Positions 25,393 to 45,150 are shown, counted from the first letter of the stretch. The stretch is 64,000 nucleotides of DNA from Bigelowiella natans CCMP2755 (GCA_000320545.1 ADNK01003302.1:82121-146120); one strand, 5' to 3'. Translations and numbers: made by a program. Notes: a model not told the origin generated them from the letters alone.

Positions 25393-28300
25393 TCACTCAA
25401 TTGGAATTCCACGTTTAGGAACGTATGGGCCATCCCTTGGGACCATCGAAATACAGTCTATTACAGGACATACACTGAGGCATAGTGTACAGCCCGTACA
25501 ATCTTTGTTGACGACTTCAGGAAGGTGAGTCATCGCATCAAAAGTTATTGCCTGATAGCCATTGTCATTGCAGGTCATGTAGCACTTACCACAATTGATG
25601 CAGAGATCTGGATCAATTTCTGCTATGACATGCTCCTTCTGGCTGAGCTCGTGCCATGCCCCAATGCGAGGAACAGCAGCACCCACCACATCATTGATAG
25701 ATGGGATAGCTTTGCTCGGTTGAGGTGATGGACGTGCACCAAAGTTAGCGGGAGGCATTGGCAGAGGCTCTTTCTTCCTGTTTTCTGCAGCCAGATGCTC
25801 CTTCTGTTTGTGGTAGGGACCGAAGTCGGGCAATCTGTGCTTACCAGGGTACGGCTTCACCCATGGGTTCTCACGCGCCTCCTCAATTGGGCGAGACTGG
25901 CCGTTCCAGTCGCTGAGGTCTTCTCGGGATTGCATATACAAAAGCGCTTGCAAGCCGGTGATGTAGTCCTGAACAACAGTGTAGTCTTGGTTTTGCACTG
26001 CACTGCAGATTTGCACGCCACTTGCACCAGCATGAAGGAATTGCATAGAAACGGCCGCGCTATCGGCTCCTCCAGTTGCCAGGATTGGGTATCCAGGGAG
26101 TGCCTTGGAGATGGCAGACACAGCTCGTAGGGCCATGGGACGGATGGCGTTACCGGAAATGCCTCCATATGTCGTGCGAGCTTCCGAGCCTACATTTGGC
26201 CAAGCCTTGGCCTCGCTGTTGAGATGCATCAATCCTGAGACGGTATTAATGGCAGTGACACCATCAGCTCCTCCAGCCTTGGCACGTTTGGCAATTTCCA
26301 CGATATCAGTGATGTTTGGTGTAAGCTTTGCGAAGACTGGGACAGACTCCATTTTGCCATCTGGTCCTTTGCGGACAGCAGCCTTCTTAACCCAGCGGCA
26401 AATATCCTCCACATAGTCAGGGTTTTGACCACAGGCGAGACCCATACCCTTCTCTCCCATACCGTGCGGGCACGACATGTTAAGCTCGAGAGCGTCCGCG
26501 CCAGCCTCGACTGCGCCCTTAGCTAGGATCTCCCAGTCCTCCTGGTTGTAGGCAGCCATAACAGATGCGATGAGCACATTCTTCTCCTTTGGAAAGTCGG
26601 CCTTGAGCTCTCTAATCGACTGCTCCCAATACGCCTGCGACTTCTCAGAGATGAGCTCGATGTTCAGGAAGGACCCCTGCCCTGGGCCATAGAGCTCTCC
26701 CGAGGTAGCGCCGCGGACGATGCGCGGGGATACGTTTGTGACAATGTCCTTGTCGCGTCCGTAGGTTTTAGTGACAGCGAAACCCCATCCAGCTTCGAAA
26801 GCACGACGGATCATTGCAGAGGTGGTGGTAGGTGGAGCAGATGCGAGTCCGAAGGGGTTTGGGAGACGCAAGCCTTCGCACACATCCACACTAAGATCCA
26901 CTTGATCTACGGGGGTGCAGAATCCTGGCATCTCTGGCTCCTCAGGTACTGTGAGACCCTCGAGATCTTGAAGATACTTGTGCATGTACCATGCCGCCAG
27001 CTTTCCGTCTGCAGCAGCCTCAACCGTAAGTTTGGTAACACCTCCAAGATCTCCACCCACGAATAATGATGGCTCAGATGTCGATTGTGTCATAGGATCA
27101 ACGACAGGGTAGCCCCATTTATCCATGTCGCACACTGCGGAGAGGCTATCACGAACAGGACCAGGAGCTAGCTCGCTGCCGAACGCTGAAATCACAGCGC
27201 AGCACTGGATTGATGCAGAGCCATTGTGCTCACCATCGCTGCTCTGGTTAGATTGGACCTCGAGTGACTTTATCTTGCCTGTTTTCTCATCGATGCGGAC
27301 TGCAGTTGGCGAATGAAAGGGAAGCAATTCGCATTTTTCTTGAATAGCGACTTCAACCTCTTCTCGGCAGGCACGGATGCCCTGAAATCCTTTGCGGAAG
27401 ATAACGTAAACACGTCCTGCACCGCATCTCAGAGCACTTGTGGCGCAGTCGAAGGCGGTATCCCCTGCTCCAAGCACGACAACATCCCCGCCATTAAAGC
27501 GTGGAGGGGGCATAATTGGACGACCCATCTTTTCGTTTGCTTCTTTCATCTCAGGTTTGCTAGAAACAGCAGCGAGTGGTAAGAAGTCCTTACTGGTGTA
27601 AAAACCTTGCTTCATGGAAAGACCCTTGAATTCTTTAGTTATCTTCGGAGTGGGAAGTCCTACACCAACAAAGACCGCCTTGTAGCCATCCTTCTTAAGC
27701 GATTCGACAGTGAAATCCTTACCGAGCTCACGCCCCGTAACAATGTTGACACCAAGGTCTTTCATCAGCTCTGCCTCGTACTTCACCATTTCATACGGCA
27801 ATCTGAATGACGGGATCTCAGACGAGGAGAGGCCACCGATATGCGCATCTCTCTCAAAGATCGTGATATCTGTGTATCCTAGCCGAGCAAGGTAAGTTCC
27901 ACAACTGATGGATGCTGGGCCGCATCCAACGAGGGCTATCTTGGCTTTGTAGGACTTGGGAAGGGATTCAACCGGTGGAAGCGACGGGTCTCGAATTTGC
28001 GGAATATTCATTGACATGAACGCTTCGGTTGCAAAATGTTGCAGTCCTCCAATGTTAATTCCTCCTTCTTCGGTTGCGGCAAGGTTGCAGCCACCAACGC
28101 ACAACTCGCTCACAGGACACACCATTCCGCACGATATACCAACAGGATTGTCGGAGAATATCGTCTGATAACATTGAGGAGGCACGAAAGTAAATTAGAA
28201 CTCTCACTCAATGAAAATAATTTGTTCTCTTGTTGTACACAGTAAAACACGTAACCCACAGTGTTGTTATGGGATCTATTCTTCAACTACCTTTGCTGCA

Positions 28301-29129
28301 CCGTAAAAATTCTTGTTGGAAATCGAGGTAATGAAGGACTTAACGTCAACTTGAGAAGGACAGGACTTCTCGCAAGGAGCATCGGCACATTTTAGACATC
28401 TTGCTGCTTCCTTAAGTCCCCCACGTTCAGATAGAGTGGAGTGCTGAGATGTACAGTTGTCATTAGAAGCTTCAATTTGAAAATAACAAAACCATACCAA
28501 TTGACTTTAGAAGGAATCACAATGCATTACTAGATTAAGGTGAAGATAGGAAGGGAAGCATAAAGTCGTAATATATCTTCATTTAGTTATTATGTCTCGT
28601 GGTATTTTTGTTTTGTGCCTAAATGAGTGTTTGACGGGGAGATGCTGCATGAAGTGTCGTCAAGTAACCTTAATGTCATCCCAATTATTATCAAGAGTTT
28701 CGGGGCTTGGCTCATCGTATCTTTTCCAATGCTCACGAGCAGCTTGAGTCTAACATTTAAAAAATATCAGCCTCTTTCTCCTTGGGAGCGGTTGAGGTGA
28801 CTTGTTTTTGAAATATACCGTTGCAACTGGAACAACTTTAGCCCTTTTCATTCTCTCGGCCCTTGGGTTGAGATGGAGGAGATTTTGAACATAGTCATCA
28901 TCCTGTATCATATTTGCGATAACCAACCGGATTATAAGGAGCCATGTTTGTAAACGAGGATGTTGGGTCGAACTCTGAAGTAACACACGGAAACCACCTT
29001 AGATTGGGATTTAACTTCAGTGGAGAAAGATCTAGCAATGATCCCTCTCTTCGCAACACTCCTAGGCTTCACAATGCGTGCGGGTGTGCATTGAAGCGAA
29101 ACAGGAAGACCCTTGGCTAACTTAAGCAT
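25393..29129 (-). CDS. DPYD: Dihydropyrimidine dehydrogenase (NADP+), full-length animal-type architecture, with an N-terminal presequence
   Basis: [101 protein letters not shown] and two C-terminal CxxCxxCxxxC motifs. Four short 5' exons plus one ~2.8-kb exon. Confidence 0.97.
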
Positions 29130-29903
29130 CGTCTAAAAAAGAGCGAGAGAGGGGAAGAGCCTCTCGCGATGCTGATTCTGGAATCTATGAGGCTTTGCTT
29201 TTACAAATAAATCCTGTGGAAATCATATTCAATTCTTGAGGAAGACAACCCTTTTACATATGTCGCATGCGATAAATCAGAATTAATGGTGTCCGTTGCC
29301 AAACTCTCTGCTGATGGACACGACATTTCTCCCTTGTTTTTTTATGAAGTTTCCCGAATATGATTGCGGCAACCGTACCTTCGGCTATAAAAGCGGAGTA
29401 TCCTTTAGATACAGGCCCAGCCAAATTCGCCACATACCGTACCACCTCAAGGAGATGTAAGAAGTTTCAAAAAAAAAGCAAAAAGAAAAGCGTTTTTCCC
29501 TGTCGTCTACGTGGTTTGTGCGCTTCAGTAGGAATTCCGGGACTACCTGCCAGAATTCTTCGACGATCATGGAAGTTCAGAAGTCGCAAGATAAAAATAC
29601 TGGCTATTCATGCATCAAATTTAGAATTTAAGTTGACCGGTTTCCATCCTATAGAATGCAACGAAGTTGCGATCTAGTGGAACAGATCAAATGATCTTAT
29701 CAGGAAAAGAGTGATAATTTTTTGGATGTTTCAAGCATCAAATATTATCTGGAAAAAGGAGAATGCTGCGATTCAATGAACTCTTATTTTGAAAACATTC
29801 CCTTGTCTTAGTGATAAAATGCCCTCCTTGCTGCATTTGTCGTTGTCGAAACCGAATTTAGCTAATTCAGTAACCGGCCCGCGGGCGCTTGGGCGTGTTT
29901 GTA

Positions 29904-29938
<35 letters not shown>

Positions 29939-30209
29939 AAGTCGGAAGGGCTACAGGCAAAGCAAAAGACACGAATTACTTTACAAGGAATCATATGAGG
30001 CACCACCAAGACCTCGAAAAGTCGAGAAGATAAGCATCAGATACCATAAGAGCTTGAAGGTATTTGTCCTGTCTTTCGGAATTATCATAATATCTAATCT
30101 TACTTTCTTCTGAACAGTTTATACTGGCGTCACATCTGTTGAGAAGCTATCGTCTCGTTTCTTGCAATTATTGAGATAAATTCAAAACATTGATTCCCCG
30201 CGGGAGAAT

Positions 30210-36649
<6,440 letters not shown>

Positions 36650-37037
36650 GTGGCTATGAGCATGGTCTGAACCGCCACAAAGCGGGGATCTGTACCACCA
36701 CAAAGCGGAGATATTGGAAATTCTGTGATGTTCTAGCCGGCGACGTTGTCGTCCTCATTTGTTCGTGTTGTCGGTTTATATTGTATATGGCCAAACATGA
36801 GTTGCATGGCGTGATACTGAGGTCTTTCTAGGTTGCATAAAACAAACTAAAAGGCTGCGTAATTTTTTAGAATGCGTTATGTTCTCATCAGATTTCGCCG
36901 CTTGATCGCAGCATTAATCAACCATGGCCATGTCAGATAATAATTTTTTCGCCTGCATCGTTATATATATTTGACACTTTCGACTCTCACATGCATGAAT
37001 GACAGAACAGCAAAACGAACATATGTAACTTGAGTGA

Positions 37038-37269
37038 TGTAACCGCTGCTTTGCATGACTAGATGCATGAAGATGACGATTGAAAAAAATGACTGTTCGC
37101 TGCATCCCTAGATCCGTCTGCCATGCACATGTGTATAGCGAATATGTTTATGTGTGATTGCGGAGACCAATGAGACCAATGCAACAAACAAAATCTGAGC
37201 GCTGCAGCCGCAGCATTGGGATGACAATTGAAAGAATACAATTCATTCATTGCAACCGTCTCATATGCA
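37038..37269 (+). repeat. Dispersed intergenic repeat, copies C and D (head to tail)
   Basis: CCGCTGCTTTGCAT...GATTGAAAA...ATCCGTCT followed by CTGAGCGCTGCAGCCGC..CATTGGGATG..ATTGAAA..CATTGCAACCGTCTCATATGC. Confidence 0.7.
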
Positions 37270-37763
37270 TGTGCCTAGTGCTGTCGTAGCTGTGTGCACG
37301 TAGCCATTGTGGCATGCCGCCTTTCAATAAGTGTCGGTGTAGTAGTCAGCGCGCTGCTCATGCAACGAATGTTGATGTTGGTCCTTCCGGGCACCATGCA
37401 TTTCATCATGTGCAAAGAATGTCGTGCGTTTTTTCGTTCATTTGCTTGCTGTTGCATGCATGCTCACGGTGATTTAATGCTGAGCAGGCGGGCACGGAAA
37501 TGCTGCTTTGCTACGTCTCCAATGGGAGCTGTCCTCTTAGATCGCGCTGTTATTCCTTCATCTTGCCTTCTAGATCGGTTACTGCTTTAAACGAGTCAAT
37601 GATGCTATTTTGTCTTCGGCGATGCAAGTAACAACTGCAAGTAACAGACAACGGTTGCTAATAATTTCTAGCACGTCGCCAATTTTGATGGCCGGCGGTT
37701 CTGGAACAAGCAGAACTCATAAACCATTTTAGGCGACAGATGTCCTTTTCATCATCATCTTTG

Positions 37764-39060
37764 TTATTCGTATTGAAATGGGCGACTGGTGTTGTATTCG
37801 ATGCCCTTGAACACTTCCTGCACCTGAAGCAAGTTTAGGTGTTAATACTTAGTAGTAGTAGTAGTAGTAGTATCAGCAGAGTTGAGTGCGGTAAAGCCTT
37901 TCATCATTTCGTGATTTTACGGACCATCGTACCTTGTCTCTGTCCTCAGACTTAAGCGGTTTCCGAGACTTTCCCATAATCTGTTCCTCCGCGGCGTAGA
38001 GTGGGTTGAAATTAAGCTCCTTGCCAGTAGGAAGAGGGAAAAGAATTAGAATGAGATTCAGCGCTGCCGATGAGAAGGTGCTAGCTGCTGCTGCTGCTGC
38101 TGCCTTAAACAACAATTACAACATACCTCTAGATTTGGCATAATAGGTGGCTTTGCTGATTTGCTTTTCACCTGTTTGAGGGGTACAACGACAGAGACGA
38201 TAACGACGCCATAAATAATGTAGGATATCCAATCAAACTTATGATTTTAGGTCTGAATCTTGAGAGTTTTCAATCATTACTTCTTCCCAGTCGAAGCCCT
38301 CATCATTCTGAGAGAACCACGGGTGCTCCTTCACTTCTTCCCAGAAGTTTTCAAACCCTGCGATTATTTCTTTATTTCCTCATTTATTCATTTATAATGA
38401 TATGTATGGTAAAAAAAGAAAGAGCAACAACCAAAAATGAGAAAGGGGGGGCTGTACGCTCGCAATAGCATGTTGTTTGAGCGGAATAAGAACGAGAATG
38501 CGAGTGATAATAATAATAAAGCCATCAGCATCCAATGCTCAGCCCAACAACCATAACCTAAGCGTTTTGCTTCCTCAAATGCACAGAGACGTCGAATAAG
38601 GTCACGACACTCCGAAGACACATTCTTTGGCAGCCATGGAGTAGGAAAGTTCTCCCTTTTTACCTGTTGTTAGCATTGATCGGTCATCAGCAATGGACAG
38701 AAAGACTGACAAGTACAGATTAACAAACGACTTGTAATGCATGGATTGAAAATTCGTCTTCTCGTTGTGAAATCTATATTGTTGTTGATAGATGATATCA
38801 TATGAGGGACGAAGTAGGACAGTGATAAAGGGCTGTTACTATGGAAACTAGGAAGAGGATATTGCCACATCATTATCGACATCATCGTCATCATCATCAT
38901 CATCATCATCGTCGTCATCATCTAAATACTGAGTTCTTATCCATTAGCTTCGTGCTGAAAGGAGTCGTCTTCGATATCAGCCGTGCAAGTGTAGCTCCGA
39001 ACGTGAAGAAGTCAGGCATAAACCCATACGATTTCATATTGATCAACTGCAACATCGTTA

Positions 39061-39091
<31 letters not shown>

Positions 39092-39162
39092 CGATGATGA
39101 TGACGACACATCATCGGCTAAGCTGTGCATTTGCTGTCCTCTTAGCAACCACTTTACTTTAT

Positions 39163-39229
<67 letters not shown>

Positions 39230-40902
39230 TTTGTTTTTGTGAGGAGGTGATTCTCTACATGCTTTCACCTCAGGAGCTATGTAGCCAGGTGTTCCTGCAC
39301 ACCCCCTTGTACGCATATGATGGGGTGGGGGATATCTGTCAGCAAACAACGCATTCTTGTTCTCCCTATCAATGCATAATAAAATATTCATTTGGGGGGG
39401 GGGTTCAAATATAAAGTTAATTGTCGAAAATCTTGTCCTCACACTCGTCCTCATAAGCATATTCAAGATATACATCCCTAGAGTATTGTGCAGCAGCATG
39501 AGCCTACTTATCTCTCTCTGAAAGCTCGATGGCAAGACCAAGATCCGTGATGCGTATATGTCCCTACATAGAGTGAAGAAAGCAACGACAACAAGGTTAC
39601 TACAGCAGCGATGAGGAGGAGGAGGAGGAGGAGGAGGAGGAGGAGGAAAAGAAGGAGGAGGTCATGGTTATAACAAAAGTTACAGCAGCTAAGTCTTCAT
39701 TCTTATATGCTCGTTCTGGTGCTGCCGATGATTAATATATTTCGATGTCATCACAGGATTGACCGATGTACTCTCATGAGTTCAACTTATACTTCTCCTC
39801 CTCCTCCTCCTTCTCTTCCAATGACTACTACCATTACTACCTCTGCGTCCAATAGCACGTTTTCGAGTTTAAGGTCACGGTAAACATAGTTTAGCTTGTG
39901 GATAGCCTCGATCCCCAACAACATCTCAGCTGCATAGAAACTAATGAATAATGGTAAAAGGAGAAGTACATATCAACAACTACTAACAGCAAGATGATGG
40001 AGAAAGAACAGGGAAGAGCTGTCTCCCCGTTTAAAAGTACATGGTACTCTAACTTCACCAATGAAATACTATTAATTATTGAAAAATGCAGCAGCAGGCT
40101 AGTTCTTCGTAAATGCCGAATTTATTGACCAACACATCATTATTATTATCTATAATACACTACTACTACTACTAACTATTTCACACCGTGCTTCTCGCTC
40201 TGACATGGCCCCCCCTCTTTGCAAGTAGTAGCCAAGATCCCCACCACGCAAAAAGGGCATAACAAAAACTAAATCCAGATTGTCCAAGAAAGCGTACTAA
40301 CGTCGTTTTAATGAAGAAAGGGGATGAATAAACGCAACCGCCTCCACTATGATTATGTTGTCCATCATTCCTTAGCAGTCTACCTTCAGTTCAACCACAA
40401 AAGGCGACTTCACTTTACTCATAAGAGATCTTTCTGTCCAGGCATTCTGCCACAGTTGGGTCTTCTGAATTAGGCTCTTAAGATCCTAAGATGTGCATGA
40501 GATCAACACCAAGCTCATAAAATCAAAGTATTTATGAAGATCCGTTTAGACGATCAACCTGAAACTTCATCGCAAAGTATGGAGTTTCTCGTGCGTAGAT
40601 AGAACGTTTTCTTCCGGTAATCTTGATCTTATGAATCATTTTCCGATCTTGAGCGACTTTTACCTTTTTTCATCATACGTGCACATACATAGCAGCCTCT
40701 AGTTTCACCGTGCACTTGGCAGCTCGAAACCCACTCCAATTGTTGTTGGAAAATTGAACCATGTTTTCAAATATAATATATAGCATTCTTCAAGTAGTAC
40801 CTTTCCAAATCCTCCTTTTCCTATAGTGGAGAGAATCTTAAAATGAGTTTTGTCAACTTTCTCCGAGTTGATCCCTTCAGAGAGGCTGACGCAGAGCCCC
40901 AT
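37764..40902 (-). CDS. AGC-group Ser/Thr kinase, YANK/STK32-like, with an N-terminal MGLC (possible myristoylation/palmitoylation signal)
   Basis: [68 protein letters not shown]; tail [15 protein letters not shown] resembles the YANK C-terminal motif. Confidence 0.88.
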
Positions 40903-41622
40903 ATTCGCGTAGAAGAAATGCGGGGGGATATCCAAATCCAACCAAAGTCTTGTCTAGGAACACACTCGTAAGAAATCTCCTGATGAAAGCACAAGAACTG
41001 GTAATAGAAAGAATCATACGAAATTGACGGGACTTCAATTTTGACAGGTGAGGAGCCGTAGATCTACATCTTTTCAAGCGTGATATTTAAGGAACATATA
41101 AGTAATCGCTGTCCTTCTAAAGCATTTAGCTAAGAACAAAATGAAACAAAATTTCTGGGTAGTTGTTACATCCTCACGTTTGATCCGACCCCATTCTGAG
41201 AGAACATTGATCGACTACCTTTTCTGCATTCAAGTACCACCATTCGGGGGAACGTGTTAAGATTTTAGAGTTCTTTACCCTGAAATATGTCCTCTTAATC
41301 ATTGTCGCAACACAAAAATCACAACAATTTAAGACCCTTTCAAAACTTGATCGAAACCGAATCTCAGTTACAACATTGATGTCGCATTTCAGAGTTGTCC
41401 GACCAAGTTTGATAAAATAATAATATCGAGGGTTTCTGTTTCTGATGATGTGAGGAACATCCTGCAGTTCCAATTGGAAATACAACAATCGACAGCAGTA
41501 GTTCATTCGTGCACAGAAAAATAACAATAATAACACAGAATAACAACAACAACAACAACCAGGAAGACGAAACGCCAACGAGGAAGGGAGCGATAACTTT
41601 CCACCCATTCGGTTCTCTAGCA

Positions 41623-42696
41623 ATGGAAACTTCGCTGTCTGACGACAGCCTCCTAGAGATAAACCCCCTAGCCATTCCTCGGGGACAGAAGCTGGTCTGC
41701 GAGGTGACTGGGCAACCGGCTAGGGTTATATGTCATGGGTGCAGGTTGACATTCTACAGAAGTAAGGAAGAGCAAAGCCTAGATTGGCAGGGAATTCATT
41801 GCAAAATTTGCAAGCTTGTGGGGAAGCTTCGAGGATCTAAGGGTGCCCTCAAGTCTGAAGAAGAGCGAAAAAAGGCACAATCGGAAGATATGGAGCTGAA
41901 CTTGCAACTTCTTAAAATTTGTAAAAACGAAGCACATAAGCATTTGATCTCCGGGTCATTTTCCCTGGCAGTAGTTGCAGGTCTGCAAGCCCTTCGTTAT
42001 TCGAAGGCCGTTTACGGGACAAATAGCTTGGACGTTATTCCAGCTTATCTCCTACTCGCAGAAGCTAATATGGGTCTCAATCGTCTCGAAATGGCGAACA
42101 AATATCTCGAGTTTGGAAATTGGGCCATACTTAAGAATCCCAATTGCACCTATGAGCTGCGATCTCAACTCCACAGAAATTTTGGAAAGCTTTACACGTC
42201 ACAAGAAAAATATTCAAAGGCCCTAACTGAATTCGCAAAGGATGTGTATGTGTGCTCACTCGATCATGGACCAGAACATGTTCGAACTGCGGCAGCCTAT
42301 TATTATATGGCAAAGAATCTCTTCAAGATAGGTAAAGAAACTGCAGGACTGGGGTTTTGTACCAAAATCATGAAAATTTGGCATAAAGCTTTGGAAACGG
42401 AAAAAAAAATTCTGGAAAATCTTACCGAGGCTCAGATGTGCGAGGGAGAAGAAATCCTAACTAGTATTTTCGAGACACGAAAACAAACATATGGGGCAGA
42501 AAGTATTTCCACTGCAGAAGCTGCATTTACGTTGGGCCTCATCAAATGTGAGATGAAGCGATTTAATGAAGCAGAGCTTTTACTAGAAAACGTCCTAGCA
42601 ACATACAAGGGGAAATTTGGTGGAGATGATTTGAGGACTTCTAAGGTCCAAGCTGCACTTGAGTTGGTCTTTGCTGTAATGAAAGCTTCAGAATAA
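41623..42696 (+). CDS. ZMYND12: ZMYND12-like flagellar protein (degenerate MYND finger plus TPR-like repeats), intronless
   Basis: INPLAIPRGQKLVCEV..A..IC..C..TFY....Q..DW.GIH.KIC, PAYLLLAEANMGL, RSQLHRNFGKLY, A.DVY..S...GPEH. Confidence 0.88.
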   Translation: METSLSDDSLLEINPLAIPRGQKLVCEVTGQPARVICHGCRLTFYRSKEEQSLDWQGIHCKICKLVGKLRGSKGALKSEEERKKAQSEDMELNLQLLKICKNEAHKHLISGSFSLAVVAGLQALRYSKAVYGTNSLDVIPAYLLLAEANMGLNRLEMANKYLEFGNWAILKNPNCTYELRSQLHRNFGKLYTSQEKYSKALTEFAKDVYVCSLDHGPEHVRTAAAYYYMAKNLFKIGKETAGLGFCTKIMKIWHKALETEKKILENLTEAQMCEGEEILTSIFETRKQTYGAESISTAEAAFTLGLIKCEMKRFNEAELLLENVLATYKGKFGGDDLRTSKVQAALELVFAVMKASE

Positions 42697-43257
42697 AACA
42701 CTTGTGAATCTTAGTTGCCACTAAATGAAAACCTCAAAGATGTGCATGTGCAGGTGTGTACACAACTGCTGGCAATGTTGTTCATCCACATCGTCGCAGC
42801 GCGCGCACACATCGACCTACAACCATGTGTGGGCCGACTACCACACGCACCCCATCAGCCATGTACGCATGCAGTATGTACTCTGTACATGTGTTGATTG
42901 GTGTACGTGCGATGTAGTCTTGGTGGCTATGCTGTTACGTCGTTGAAGTCACATAGCGTTTCAATTGTCACATGGTCTCTACATCTATCAGCGGCGTATA
43001 CGTAAACTAACAAAAACACATCAGCAATGATGTGTGTGAACGCGCCTGGCTAGGCGTGCACAAGCTAGCAAGCTAGCTAGTGGACGGGCCTGTCTAGCTG
43101 TGCAAGAGAGCCTGCAGCTCATTTCGTGAGATGCCAAGGCATGCTTGTTGCACGTGTGCGGTTGTGTGCTGCTGCAAGTTGTAGTGGAGCAGCGTTCGTC
43201 ATCAAATAAGCTACAAAGGCAATCGCCATATGTCTAGACATTGGCGCCAACAACAAC

Positions 43258-43486
43258 AGCATGTCGGCCTACCACCACAATGCTCTCGCAATGCTCATTG
43301 CTAGATTGTGTGCTCATGTCCAGCTAGAGCGAGGGTCGCGCCACCTGTGTGCATCCACAGCTCGCCAGCAAATGCATCGCTGCACAGCACGTCGGCCAAC
43401 CATCACAATGCTCATGTGAGCATTGTGTGCTCAGGTCCAGCTACAGCGAGGGTCGCGTCGCCTGTGCATCCACGCACAGCTAGCCA
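43258..43486. repeat. Degenerate tandem duplication, 2 x ~110-125 bp
   Basis: CAGCAYGTCGGCCWACCAYCACAATGCTC...ATTGTGTGCTCAKGTCCAGCTASAGCGAGGGTCGCG occurs twice. Confidence 0.8.
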
Positions 43487-44589
43487 TTGCATTGTGCATG
43501 CAGCCCTGCAAACTGCGCTTGAGCATGCGTGTCGATGCACATTTCAAGACCATGAGGCGCTAGCTAACAAGATTGCGTGCGCTTGCCATTGCCTCAGTGG
43601 CAAGTGGCACATGCAAATTCGGGCCCCATGCTGGCATGGCACATGTGCAACTACATGCATGCTCTTGTTGGGTGATCCAATGGCTTTTGTGCTTCAACAG
43701 CCACGCGTGGTGAGTGCCAACGTGTGTCAAACAATGACAACAAAATGTCATCGATGACGCAGGCTTTCAGCGCACCCAAGTGGCCATGGTGGACGCATCT
43801 CATGTTGTGCATGAATTTCGTCGAACATTCGGAATGATGAAGTTGCATGCGGAGGAGAAAGTGGAAGAGGAGGATGAGGAAAATGAAGTGATCGGAGATG
43901 ATGATCACAATCATGCCCCACTCTGCAATGTGCTTGAGAATCTGCTGAGAGTGGTGAGCCCATCCAGCCATGCCAGCATGAGCGGTCCTGTTCTGGCCAA
44001 TTTGCGAAACCAAGTGACACGTGAGGTGCAGGAACATCACATCCACATCCACCAGTCCAGGGTGCCGATTGCAGCACCAACAGTCCCACCAACGGATTTC
44101 CCCTTCTCCACCATTGTGAAATCAGTGTGTCCACTTTTCAGCAGATCGACTCCCATGCTGGCATGCATGCCAGCATGTGCCGGACATTCCTGCACCCACA
44201 GTCATTCAACAGTTGACGTTTGCATGCAATGTCAATTGGAATGTTCAAAACGCCAATGACAACGATGTGCGCATCCTTGCCGATGGACTTCCTCTTGCAG
44301 TTGCCCTTTCAGCAATGCCATGGCACGCAAATCGAAGAAGTTCCGACACCGAGGGCAGCGATGATCCTGCCGACGGACGCATCATCGAGAACCTCGAACG
44401 TGCGTCACAGCCAACTGCAGTTGGACCCGTCCAGTGAAACCCGTCTCGTTCCAGCGTTGTGCACGGTGTCAGTGAAGCGGTGATCTGTTGGCCAGTTGGG
44501 GAAGCAGGACCAGCGGTGGCAGTTGTTCCTTCGTTCTTGACAAGGTCTAGAGGTGGTGATGACGATCAGTTGGTGGTCTACGCAGTCGC

Positions 44590-44628
<39 letters not shown>

Positions 44629-44730
44629 TGCACCCGGGTGGAACACGCGCAGATCGATCTGCTTCGTGGAGCAGACGCAGCAGCAGTGGACAGCAGCAGT
44701 CGGGGCATCCTTTGCTGGATGATGACACCG
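43260..44730. other. TpA-depleted island 2
   Basis: No TA between 43654 and 44547 (894 bp). The few TAs in the flanking parts are in CTAG, CTAC or CTAA. Confidence 0.9.
43786..44437 (+). pseudogene. Probable decayed gene inside island 2 (Tyr-free, His/Cys-rich reading frame)
   Basis: Protein-like acidic stretch EEKVEEEDEENE; no Tyr in 159 aa; possible eroded intron starting GTGTGT at ~44125. Family not recognised. Confidence 0.4.
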
Positions 44731-45150
44731 GCTACTCGTACCCTGTAGCCTGTAGCTGTCGTCAACAGCAACACAGCGGCAAACTTCCTATTTTCACCTT
44801 AACATGTACACATTTCTGGGGACTGCAAACTTTTGCTATTTTCACCTCAATATGTACACATGGATAGGGGTGGTTGTCGCTCTAAAAAAAAGCAGTCCAG
44901 CCTATTTACGTACTTTTTGGGTTTAAGAGGTTCGTGCTTCCCAATTCCGTATTTTTTGTTGGTATTTATCCATGTCGCAAGATGAAATTCAATTGCCAAA
45001 TCATCCATTTGTTGGTTCGAAAACTGCTGAAACGAAACGAACTCGCTTGTCCCCAAGCTAGACCTACTCAATTATCTCGAACGCTACCTTTTGGAGAGTG
45101 ACTCTTGCGCTGGGCGAGTGTGAGGTAGGCTTCAGCAAAGAAGAAGTACA

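Noticed and set aside
21790-29129. ILV3 and DPYD as a metabolic gene cluster
   Set aside because: Both are Fe-S enzymes with presequences, but they act in unrelated pathways; adjacency alone is not evidence.
43308-44867. Many overlapping Cys/His-rich ORFs suggesting metal-binding proteins
   Set aside because: The Cys/His richness follows from TG/CA excess. Only one frame was kept, as a low-confidence remnant.
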